DNA from: Candidatus Altimarinota bacterium
GTDB taxonomy: Bacteria; Patescibacteriota; Gracilibacteria; 1-14-2-50-48-13
Direction of reading: 5' to 3'
Assembly (NCBI GenBank): GCA_046314355.1
Contig: JBKBWQ010000001.1
Coordinates: 1,536,001 to 1,600,000, forward strand
DNA: 64,000 nucleotides
The notes under the pieces were generated by a model, which did not search any database, was not told where the DNA came from, and was given only the letters and a program-made list of their open reading frames with translations. The position numbers were made by a program, and so were the translations under genes. Position 1 is the stretch's first letter, and every line of letters begins with the position of its first letter. This document shows positions 1 to 9,700 of this stretch, one piece after another.

Positions 1-215
1 CTTTTGTAATTTAAAACTGATTTATTATAATGATTATAAGTAAATGTCAATATATTTAGATATTTAATTTCATAGCTATTATCAGTAAATTTTATATGTA
101 TATTTTCCTATTATTTGCATCCTTTTACAATATAAAATATTTATTTATTGACTTATTATTAAATAGTTATATTCTACGCGGGTAATTTTGATTATTGAAA
201 AAAAGGAGGGGAGCT

Positions 216-1445
216 ATGAAAAGCTTTCAAAAGGACTTAATTGACAACGTATTACCAAATGAAATACTTTCTCTTTCTGAAGAAAAGCCCCGTAGGGCTG
301 CATTGGTTCCTTACACCAAAAAAAGAAGAGAAGCATTCATTGCTTTTACTACTGCTCTCCATGACGGTAGCGTCAATGGAGAACATTTTGCACAGCTATT
401 TAATGTAGCAAGTGCCACCATCGCAAGATGGAAAGGTACCAAGCTCAAAATGGTGTCAAAAGGTTTGCAGGAAAAAATTTCCAATATTTTTAAAAAAATC
501 TTGGAAGTTTATGATTTTGATGAAGAGAGATTAGTAGTCTTAGAAAAGAATCTTGAGATTTTTGATGATGAGGTCAAAGTCTCTAAAGTTAAAGCACCTA
601 GACTTAAAAAATCTGATCCAATACTTGATTCTAAATCTGAAAATGCAAAAGAAGAACTTCCTAAAGAATCTTCTGATGCTAAAAAAACCAGAAAACCTTT
701 ACTAAGCCTTGCTCGTGCCGAAATGCTCTGCAGACTCACCGTACTCTTCGGAGCTACAAAAAAGAACTGGAAAGCTGTTGGATGTCCAATATCCTACGAC
801 AGTCTTCGCCAGACTGCAAGAGACGGATTGATCAGTGAGAAAGTCCTTAATCGCGTAGTCGAATGGTTGACGGATGAAGTGAAGAAAACTAATGATCCAG
901 AGATCATTAGTCTGTGGGATGAATTCAATGGAGCATCAACAGTTGCTGATGAAAATCTCTCTGATAAAGTAATCGATACTGCTGAGAAAAAATCTGATAC
1001 GGAAACAAATGTTACTGCCAAGAAATCTGAAGCAGTAGATGATGTACAACCCGTAAAAGGTCATGAAAAACTCTTAGCACAGGTTGGTGATGCAGAAAGC
1101 ATCTATAATCTTCTTCTTTCTCAAAAGGAAACCTTTGAAAAGGAAAGAGATGAGTATTTTTCTATGATTGAGCAATCTGGTATGAATATTGAATTTGTTG
1201 AGAAGGCAATTTTGCGTTCCAAATTGCTTCGTGTCTTTGATGAAAGTTCTGAACCTAGAATTATTAGTGAGATATTACTCACAAAAATTCAAAGTAAAGG
1301 CTGGCTGAGCGTTGAAGAAAACGATATGCCTTTGTATATGCATCCCTCTGATTATCAATTTTACACCTACTTTAAAGAGAAATTAAAGTATGAAGTCGTA
1401 AATGATGAAGCTAATTGTATAACACAATTGAGATTCATCATTTAA
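216..1445 (+). CDS. Hypothetical protein with one or two degenerate XRE-like helix-turn-helix segments
   Basis: ATG at 216 follows SD AGGAGGGG (track start TTG 195); FAQLFNVASATIARWKG is HTH-like; terminator follows. Confidence 0.7.
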   Translation: MKSFQKDLIDNVLPNEILSLSEEKPRRAALVPYTKKRREAFIAFTTALHDGSVNGEHFAQLFNVASATIARWKGTKLKMVSKGLQEKISNIFKKILEVYDFDEERLVVLEKNLEIFDDEVKVSKVKAPRLKKSDPILDSKSENAKEELPKESSDAKKTRKPLLSLARAEMLCRLTVLFGATKKNWKAVGCPISYDSLRQTARDGLISEKVLNRVVEWLTDEVKKTNDPEIISLWDEFNGASTVADENLSDKVIDTAEKKSDTETNVTAKKSEAVDDVQPVKGHEKLLAQVGDAESIYNLLLSQKETFEKERDEYFSMIEQSGMNIEFVEKAILRSKLLRVFDESSEPRIISEILLTKIQSKGWLSVEENDMPLYMHPSDYQFYTYFKEKLKYEVVNDEANCITQLRFII

Positions 1446-1454
1446 ATGCTGATG

Positions 1455-1481
1455 AAACTTGCCGAAAGGCAGGTTTTTTTT
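1455..1481 (+). terminator. Intrinsic terminator
   Basis: AAACTTGCC-GAAA-GGCAGGTTT plus T-run, just after the stop at 1445. Confidence 0.85.
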
Positions 1482-1579
1482 GTTTACGAAATACACCATA
1501 TTTTAAAGTATCATTGCATTAAAATATTGATATTTTATACTCTTGTTGTACAGACCTTTGTATTCTTTACTTGAATACT

Positions 1580-1996
1580 ATGAACTATCTGAAGCACATA
1601 TTTACCTTTCCGGGAAAGATGATTGAGCGGTTTTTTGAGTATAAAAGAAAAAAAGATAAGCGGGGGCTTGAAATCACTCGAACGGCTATCGCGAACCTTA
1701 CTGTAATGCTGGATGAAGAAAAGTTGGAACGTCTGTATGGTGAGGCTTTACCGAAGGAACATGAACTTGAAAAAGAAATCCTTGAAAAGGCGTATGGAAC
1801 TTTTGATGTGCCTACAGGAACTCCACTGCATACAGTGACAAAACTGTATTTTTTGAAGTGGGAAGAATATGACGTACCTGATGAGGTGTATGAACAACTT
1901 CCTTTTGCGGTACAAGGTATGATTCTAGATAAATGGGACACTATCTTCAATGCATATAAGATTATCAAAGCTCACTCTAAGATGAGAACATGTTAA
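1580..1996 (+). CDS. Hypothetical protein
   Basis: Open frame with ATG at 1580 (track start TTG 1571), ending at a terminator; no recognisable motif. Confidence 0.6.
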   Translation: MNYLKHIFTFPGKMIERFFEYKRKKDKRGLEITRTAIANLTVMLDEEKLERLYGEALPKEHELEKEILEKAYGTFDVPTGTPLHTVTKLYFLKWEEYDVPDEVYEQLPFAVQGMILDKWDTIFNAYKIIKAHSKMRTC

Positions 1997-1997
1997 A

Positions 1998-2019
1998 AAA
2001 AGAGCCCGAGGGCTCTTTT
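1998..2019. terminator. Bidirectional intrinsic terminator
   Basis: AAAAGAGCCC-GA-GGGCTCTTTT between convergent genes. Confidence 0.85.
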
Positions 2020-2027
2020 ATTATAAT

Positions 2028-2261
2028 TTATTCCCTGGTTAGTGAAGCTCCACTTGCGCAGTGATATTCAGCACCTGGAATACGGGGTTTGTTTTTCTGA
2101 CTCTCGCAGCTATCAAAAGTGCGCAGAGTATAATCTTCCTGATTCTGAACTGTAGTACTTCCAGTATTTTCTGGTAGTGTCATATTTTTTACTGAAATTC
2201 CACAGCTTGAAACTGAAAGAATACTTATAACTATAAAAAATCTTTTTATTTTTGTGCTCAT
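2028..2261 (-). CDS. Small putative lipoprotein
   Basis: Basic N-terminus, hydrophobic stretch, lipobox-like VSS|C; SD AAGGAG; TTGACT-N16-TATAGT upstream. Confidence 0.65.
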   Translation of the reverse strand: MSTKIKRFFIVISILSVSSCGISVKNMTLPENTGSTTVQNQEDYTLRTFDSCESQKNKPRIPGAEYHCASGASLTRE

Positions 2262-2463
2262 AGTAGCATCTCCTTGAGACCGTAATTTTATTTTCGGCCA
2301 CTTCTTGCGAGGTGACTAATTACTATAAACCTCACATTAGACAAGTCAAGTAAATATAGTGTATTATTAATAAATATTTTGTACTAGAAAAGTATCCTTA
2401 TGTTTTCATTGGCTTTTTAGAACGGTATGCATACAATTACATCATACCAATTAACACTCAATA

Positions 2464-2814
2464 ATGGACGACATATACGCAGCAAAAAAAGAAGAAATCG
2501 CAAAGGATATCAAAGAAAATAGAGTGATCCTTTTTATGAAAGGTACAAGAGAAATGCCTATGTGCGGCTTTTCTGCAAAGGTGATCTCAGCTTTAAATAA
2601 TATCGAGGCGGAGTATGTCACTCGAAATGTTCTTGAAGATGAAGTCCTCCGTGAAGCAATCAAAGAGTTCTCAGACTGGCCGACTGTGCCTCAGCTCTAT
2701 ATTGATGGTGAGTTTATCGGCGGGTGCGATATTACGGTGGAGTTGTATAGAAATGGGGAGCTTGCGAAGATGGCAGGGGGTGCTGAAAGAATTGAGGATG
2801 AGGATAAGAAGTAA
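2464..2814 (+). CDS. grxD: Monothiol glutaredoxin (Grx4 family)
   Basis: LFMKG...PMCGFS, WPTVPQLYIDGEFIGGCD motifs. Confidence 0.95.
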   Translation: MDDIYAAKKEEIAKDIKENRVILFMKGTREMPMCGFSAKVISALNNIEAEYVTRNVLEDEVLREAIKEFSDWPTVPQLYIDGEFIGGCDITVELYRNGELAKMAGGAERIEDEDKK

Positions 2815-2875
2815 GGATAGGATGTTCCTCCCTTATCCTAATTCCTAGCCCTAATCCTAACCCTATTTCCTCCCT
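2794..2875. repeat. Degenerate short tandem repeats, (G/A)AGGAT followed by complementary NNCCTA units
   Basis: GAGGAT GAGGAT...AAGGAT AGGAT, then ATCCTA ATTCCTA GCCCTA ATCCTA ACCCTA (2835-2865). Confidence 0.6.
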
Positions 2876-2904
2876 GGAGAGGATATTTCTTATAATCCTG
2901 AACT

Positions 2905-3333
2905 ATGAACTACTGGATAGGCGTCGCCACTCTTGACCATCTTGAAAGGGGATTTGAAAAAGGTATGTTTGGCATAGGACATGGAAAAAAAGCTCCGCTG
3001 GAGATGATGAAAGGTGGGGATAGGATAGTATTTTACCTTCCGAAGAAAGATTATGGAGTTTCGAGCACTGAAAACAAATACCAAAGATTTAGAGGATTTG
3101 CAGTTATTGATGATGGGGAAGTCTTCTCTGAGACAGTTGGGGATGGATGTAAGTTTCGCAAAAAACTAACTTTTTTGGATATGGAAAAAGAAGTCGCTAT
3201 TGCGCCGCTTATTGGTAAACTCTCGTTTATCAAAGATACTAAACGCTGGGGTTTTCCTTTTATGAAAGGGTATATAAAAATTACAAAGGAAGATTGGAAT
3301 GTCATAGAAAATGGTTCCGTCGAGAGAACTTAA
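2905..3333 (+). CDS. EVE domain protein (PUA-like)
   Basis: MNYWIGV...HGKKAPL..MKGGDRIVFY and WGFPF..G..KI..ED motifs. Confidence 0.9.
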   Translation: MNYWIGVATLDHLERGFEKGMFGIGHGKKAPLEMMKGGDRIVFYLPKKDYGVSSTENKYQRFRGFAVIDDGEVFSETVGDGCKFRKKLTFLDMEKEVAIAPLIGKLSFIKDTKRWGFPFMKGYIKITKEDWNVIENGSVERT

Positions 3334-3488
3334 AGAGTAAAAAATAAAATAGATAGTCATTTCCTGAGCTATGATGCAGACTATCTATGGTACTTTTTGC
3401 TCCAAATAAATTTGCTGCAGAGTATTTTGCAGTGAAATTTTTTATCAACGCGTTAGAATGGAAGTATGTTTATGTTTACATACCTCCC

Positions 3489-6400
3489 ATGAAAAAAATA
3501 CTTTCTTTGATACTTATCTTTATTTTTTCTTTTCAGTCCGCTGATGCTTTTTCATTGATATCTGCATCTCCTCAGCCTGCACAGCCGGGAAATACTATTT
3601 TGATACAGGGGCAGGATCTAGGAAATGCAGGGACTGTGATGCTCAATAATCAGACTATCCCCACTAGTATGTGGTCTGCGGATCAGATCGGATTTACACT
3701 TCCTGTGGGTTCTACATCAGGGACTTTAAGTGTTACAGATGCGAACGGTAATAATAGCTCTATTCCTTTTCAAGTAGCAAATACTAGTACGGGGGCAAGC
3801 ATTCAGTCTCTAAGTCCTGCAGCATTTAGTGAAGGAACCATTGTGGAAGTGAATGGATCTGGATTTGGGACAGCGCCAAATACCAACACTCAAGTCTGTT
3901 TTTCAGATACTCTTTGTTCTGCGATAGGTTCTTTGAATCAGATGGTACTGACATGGTCTGATACAAAAGTAGTGGTACAGATCCCGAAGCTTAATCTTCC
4001 CTCAAGCGGAAAGATCATGCTTTCTATTTTTTCAAATGGAAGTACAAATCCCACATGGCTTGAGAGTCCTCTCTATACATTTCAATCTTCAAAACCAGTT
4101 ATTACATCGCTTTCTCCTTTAAATGTAGTACCTGATACAACGGTGGTCACTATCTCAGGTACAAATTTTGGACAACTCTATGTATATGGTAAAAATCAAA
4201 TCTGTATCAATGGTCAGTGTCTGGGAGATGCGTATATTGATAAATATCTTCAATCCTGGTCAGATAACGAGATCAAGTTGAAACTGCCCGTTACCGGGAT
4301 ATCAGGACCCGCAACATTGACTTTGAATATTTGGAAATACACAGACAAATCTACTAATCTTGATGTCTATTTTCCTGCAAGCTACTCCATAAATATTGTA
4401 CTGCCTGCAGATCCTGCGATCGAGCAGGTCTCGCCGCTTTCAGTCCTGCCTGACCAGACAATCATAACTGTAAAGGGAAGTGGCTTTGGGGATAGTTATA
4501 TCGCTGGAAAAAATCAGATCTGTTTTGGTGAGAGTTGTATCAGTGACCGACTTATTTCAGACTATTTATATTTTTGGAGTGATACTGAGATTCAGGTAAA
4601 GGTACCTGCTTTTGTTGATAACTATGAGACAGCACAGCTTTTAGTACGTCTCTATGTCCCAAGTAAAAATGTCTATACTCACATGTCAGCAAATGTACTT
4701 CTGAAAGTCAAACATGCTCCTTTTATAAGTCAGTATTATCCCACAATGGATAGCGGCACTACATATACGGTGTTTGGTAGATCCTTTGGAGATCCTCAGG
4801 GGAGTGTGGCTGTAGGTAATACTCAGATGCAGGTGCTCAGCTGGTCAGATACAAAGATTACATTTCGGACTCCTTCCATAGGTATAAATGATATGTTGGT
4901 CGTAACGACAGCAGATGGAAGCAAATCTACAGGTATCTCTGTAACTATCAATTATTATAATATTTATTCTCAGGATGCCTTTTCAAAGTACCAATGGTAT
5001 TATGAGAATCTTTCACTTAAGGATGCATGGAATATTTCTACCGGAAGCCCAAGTGTCGTAGTGGCAGTCATAGATAGCGGAGTAAATATTAATCATGAGG
5101 ATCTGAACGGAAATATATGGCAGAATACAAAAGAGATCCCAGGTAACGGTTTGGATGATGATAAAAACGGCTATACGGATGATATAAATGGATGGGATTT
5201 TGTGCGGAATTCAAACAGCATGACACCTATGACATCTCACGGCACTATGGTAGCAAGTGTGATTGCTGCAAAGAAAGATAATGGATTGGGGCTCGCGGGA
5301 GTAGCGCCAAATACAAAGATTATGGCTCTCAACGTAATGGCGACCAATGTTCAGGCGGGGACTGACTACATAGATGTAGATGCCACTGTAAAAGCGGTCA
5401 AATATGCGGTAGATAATGGAGCGCAGATCATCAATATGAGTTTTGGAGGACCGTATAATGATGCATTTAAAAGCGTCATACAGTATGCGTATGATAATAA
5501 TGTATTGCTTGTGGTTGCTGCAGGTAATGAGGGGATTGATCTGTCCGTGCAGAAGATGAGTCCTGTCTGTAATGATATTGCACACAATGAAGTCATGGGT
5601 ATAGCTGCTCTTGGAAAAGATTTTACGAAATCTTCTTTCAGCAGCTACGGTCCATGCATAGATGCATCATTGCCAGGCTCTGGAATCATAGTTGCGACTA
5701 CAGATGAAAGCCTGAACGGCTACAGTGTGGCGGATGGTACATCTTTTGCTGCTCCTATCTTTGCCGGTATGGCAGCACTTCTCAAAGCATCACATCCTGA
5801 CTGGAACGTAGCTGAGATATCTTATGTACTCCTTCATAATGGATATAATATCGATCAGTCCAATCCTGCGTATGCAGGCAAACTTGGTATTTTGCCGAAT
5901 GTGTATAAAGCTTTGACTGCTGCACGTCCAGCAGTATCTTACGCGTACAATCCAAGAACAAACCTCAATGTTAAGGAAACAAATCAGGTCATTGAAGTTA
6001 ACCCTCCTGTCTCTGCTCCTATAGAAATACCTGGTCCATCCACTACAAATTCCGGAAATGAGACAGGTACTGATATCTTTTCTGATATACCAGCGGATCA
6101 TCATTATGCCACTGCCATAGCATATCTAAAAAATGCACAGGTCCTCTCAGGATATGCCGATGGTACCTTCAAATCAGATAATCCAGTAAACAGAGCAGAA
6201 TTTCTGAAAATAATTTTCGAAAGTGCGAAAATAACTATTCCAAGTACCTATGCAAACTGTTTCCCTGATGTAAAAAGCGAGTGGTTTGCAAAATATGTGT
6301 GCTACGCAAAAGCAAAGGGAATTATACAGGGATATCCTGATGGGAATTTTAAGCCTGCAAATACGATCAATAAAGTAGAAAGTCTCAAGGTCCTCTCAAA

Positions 6401-6626
6401 GGCTTTTGGCCTGAGCACTACTGTAAAAACAAGTACTTTTAAAGATGTGGATCTTAAAGCTTGGTACGCACCTTACGTCATTGTAGGTGAAACACTCAAT
6501 CTCTTGGAGGAGGAGGGGCAAGCTAATTATAACCCCGCAGGACTAATGAAGAGAGGATCAATTAGCGAGATATTGTACAGATATCTTTATATGAAGGAGA
6601 AGGGATATAGTTCGTTTAGGATTTAA
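3489..6626 (+). CDS. Secreted S8 subtilase with five IPT/TIG domains and C-terminal SLH domains
   Basis: Signal peptide MKKILSLILIFIFSFQSADA from ATG 3489; repeated G.gFG...WSD..I units; triad VAVIDSG / HGTMVAS / GTSFAAP; SLH motifs GYADGTFK..NRAE and GYPDGNFKP. Confidence 0.9.
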   Translation: MKKILSLILIFIFSFQSADAFSLISASPQPAQPGNTILIQGQDLGNAGTVMLNNQTIPTSMWSADQIGFTLPVGSTSGTLSVTDANGNNSSIPFQVANTSTGASIQSLSPAAFSEGTIVEVNGSGFGTAPNTNTQVCFSDTLCSAIGSLNQMVLTWSDTKVVVQIPKLNLPSSGKIMLSIFSNGSTNPTWLESPLYTFQSSKPVITSLSPLNVVPDTTVVTISGTNFGQLYVYGKNQICINGQCLGDAYIDKYLQSWSDNEIKLKLPVTGISGPATLTLNIWKYTDKSTNLDVYFPASYSINIVLPADPAIEQVSPLSVLPDQTIITVKGSGFGDSYIAGKNQICFGESCISDRLISDYLYFWSDTEIQVKVPAFVDNYETAQLLVRLYVPSKNVYTHMSANVLLKVKHAPFISQYYPTMDSGTTYTVFGRSFGDPQGSVAVGNTQMQVLSWSDTKITFRTPSIGINDMLVVTTADGSKSTGISVTINYYNIYSQDAFSKYQWYYENLSLKDAWNISTGSPSVVVAVIDSGVNINHEDLNGNIWQNTKEIPGNGLDDDKNGYTDDINGWDFVRNSNSMTPMTSHGTMVASVIAAKKDNGLGLAGVAPNTKIMALNVMATNVQAGTDYIDVDATVKAVKYAVDNGAQIINMSFGGPYNDAFKSVIQYAYDNNVLLVVAAGNEGIDLSVQKMSPVCNDIAHNEVMGIAALGKDFTKSSFSSYGPCIDASLPGSGIIVATTDESLNGYSVADGTSFAAPIFAGMAALLKASHPDWNVAEISYVLLHNGYNIDQSNPAYAGKLGILPNVYKALTAARPAVSYAYNPRTNLNVKETNQVIEVNPPVSAPIEIPGPSTTNSGNETGTDIFSDIPADHHYATAIAYLKNAQVLSGYADGTFKSDNPVNRAEFLKIIFESAKITIPSTYANCFPDVKSEWFAKYVCYAKAKGIIQGYPDGNFKPANTINKVESLKVLSKAFGLSTTVKTSTFKDVDLKAWYAPYVIVGETLNLLEEEGQANYNPAGLMKRGSISEILYRYLYMKEKGYSSFRI

Positions 6627-6648
6627 TATCTATTATTAAGCTCAATAA

Positions 6649-6695
6649 AGGGCGTGGTCATTGAACTCAATTATTGAGTCCAATTAACGCGCCCT
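6649..6695. terminator. Long imperfect palindrome between convergent genes, probable bidirectional terminator
   Basis: AGGGCGTGGTCATTGAACTCAAT-t-ATTGAGTCCAATTAACGCGCCCT, 19 of 23 positions match. Confidence 0.65.
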
Positions 6696-6713
6696 AATTA
6701 CTGAATTATTTCC

Positions 6714-9700
6714 CTACTTCTTCATAAACTCATCAAGCTTCGTAGTCATCACATTGATAATAATATTCTCAATCTCTGTACCACGTGCTTTTCTCTCCTC
6801 ATCCTGCTTTTTCTCAGCTTCAGTAAGTATTCCTACTTTTACGAGAGCATAGATATTACCTATTCTCTTTGCTTCCTTATAAAGAATATAGTCTGAGAGT
6901 CCTCCTCCGAAGCCGTCTCCATTGAGGTCTCCATTTGCATCCATATAATAAGGGCTGATCGTAATAGTAGTTTCTACCTTGGCTGGAACGACATTGCTAT
7001 TTGTAGTCACAGGGGTGATCACCACATCATATGTTCCCACTGGTAACTTATCCTTTGTTCCATTGGAAGCTGTATCTATGAATGTCTCAAGATCAAGTGT
7101 CGGTGTCTTTGGTATGACTGCTGTATACACAGTTCCATTAGTCTGAGTAAGCGTCACCGTTACTTCAGTGATGCTTGGATCATTCTGCCAAGGAATAGGA
7201 GTTGGATCCTTGTCCAGCGGATCAAAGGCATCATAGGTATTTGATCTTGGGGTAATAGATATTGTACGTGCAAGTGAAGCATTCCCTAAATTATCAGTTG
7301 CAATAATAGTCATCGCATATGTCTCACCTCTTCGGACATCAGCGGCACTGAGTGTCCATGATTTGGTAGTAGTACCGAAGTTTGCGGGACTACTTGTTTT
7401 TGGATATATGATTGTACCAAGAGTAGTGTTTTTTACTTCGATCCGGACCGTATCAATAGGCGTATTCAATGCATCTGCATAGTTCCAGTCCCACTTAAGG
7501 TTTCCTTCTGGAGTCTCGGCAACGCTCGCTGTAGTACTTGGTCCTTCAGTATCTCTAATGATTTGGAGGCTTGCGCTTCTTGCATTTCCAAAGGTATCTT
7601 TGAGCATTACTGAAAGGGTATTCATACCTTCAGAGAGAAGTGGAATGATGGTACTGCTCTGGGCATTTGCGTCTGCGAGAGATGCAGCAGGAGTCTGAGC
7701 ATACAATGCAGCAAGAGGTTTCTGAGTACTATCGGTAAGGATACTGATAGGGAAATGAACGTCACGTCCTTCATTTACTTCTAGCTTCATACCAGAACCT
7801 GATACACGGTCTCGGGTTGCTGTAAGTAATACTGGGTCAGCGGTAGTGGTATTATCAATCTTTTGAGAAAGATATACTACATTTTTCATATCTTTAACCG
7901 TAAGTTTTGCCTCCGGTTTGATAGAGTCTAGAGTCAGTACTACTGCTGCAGATGATGTCGTCTGGCCGAGCTCATCGGTTACGCTGAAGATTACATTGTG
8001 GCTGCCCTGCGCAGCTAAAGCGAAGGCAAGAGGAGCATTGCTTACATCTGCGGTACTCCATACTCCGTTTGATACTGACTGACCATCTACTAAGACTTTA
8101 TAGGTAAGACTGCTTGTAGCATCTACGCTGACACTTCCGAAGTTATTTGTTTTGTTTGTTTCTTCCTTACCATCATTGAAATTGATAGAGGTGATCACTG
8201 GTCCACTGTTATCATGACGTACCAATATTACTTCGCTGTAGCTATTTCCTGCAATATCTGAGATTTCAATTCTAAAGCTGTTGAGTGCATTCTCTGTGAG
8301 AGCTGCATCCTTCTTTGTAAGACTAAATACCTTGTTTGCTACATTTGTCATTGAGGTTTGAGGAAGGATTTCAGTGCCATCCTTGAGGATTCTGACCATT
8401 GGAGTATTTCCCCATTCATCTTCAACCATAATCACAAATGCTGCCATTGGATTCTTAGTAACGTACTCTTCAGCTACTCCTGATTTCTTCATAAGTAGTG
8501 AATCGTTTGCCACAAAGTTTGTACTTCCAATGTAAGACTTGATCATTGTGGTACCAGTAGGATGTGTAGGTGATACTGTATCCTGTACTGCTGTGAAATC
8601 TTTTTTAGTGGTATTTCCTGCTGCATCCACGAATTCAACGGAATAGCTCTGTGTGGTATTTGGATTAACGAGAGGAATATTTACAAACTGGTCATCAGTA
8701 GGGAGTACTGAGAATGATGTCTGCTTCACTCTATTGACGTAAACATCCACAGGGAAGCTTTGTTCAATATAGCTATTAAACGCATATTTCATTCTGATGG
8801 CTGAAGCGCTTGTATAGAAAGTTCCATTTGTATTTCCAAGTGGGGCATCTCCGACAGTATCAAATCCTACTCGGCTGTCATTGATCTTTGGAGCAATGAT
8901 ATCTTGGTTAAAGATAAGTGAGTTGTTGTATGTCACATTGTTTTGCCCAGCGATAGATACCACTGTTGTGATAGTGTACTGTCCTTTTAAAGGAGAAGTA
9001 AGAACGATACTACCTGTCTTGCCTGTCTGAGTCTTTGTAAATGTAGTAAACCCTGCCGGACCGCTGATGGTAAATGCTGCCTGTGCCTGAGTAAGATCGC
9101 CACTTCCTGAAAGCACATAGTTGAGTGGTACTGTCTCGTTTGATGGCGCTCCAAAGGAAAGGCTGAGTCCATCAGAGATGGTTACTTGAGTATCAGGATT
9201 AATACCATCACGAAGAGTAAATATGTATGGTCCTGTACCTACAAGAGTTACATTGCTGAGGGTAAGAGTTCTATCCTTATTTGTAGCTGAGGTTTCCTTC
9301 TGAATTTCCTGATTGTTGTATCTTATGCTAAGTAAGCTGACATCACTGACCGCGATGGAGAGATCCATCTGCGTGTTATTATTTTTGAAACTATACGTCA
9401 TGTCGTTGATCTTTGGACTCTCAGAATCATATTTGATAGGAATATTATTTACAGGAAGGAGATTCCCCGCAGTATCAGAGAGCGTAATCTTTAATACTGA
9501 AGTGGCGCCTTGTGGGAATTCAGGAACGTCCTGATCCGTAAGTGTCCAAATGCCATCAATCTGCCGATCCTGATCCTTAAAGAGTGATGCTGGAATAGGA
9601 AGAGTCATACTCTTACCGCTATATTCAACGAGCGCAGTTTTAGCCATACCTCCTGCATCTTGCGCTTTGATAAGAAGAGGAAGATTATTTGTACCTGGCA

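Noticed and set aside
2794-2875. CRISPR array
   Set aside because: The units are 6-7 bp with no spacers; no repeat-spacer array or cas gene was seen anywhere in the window.
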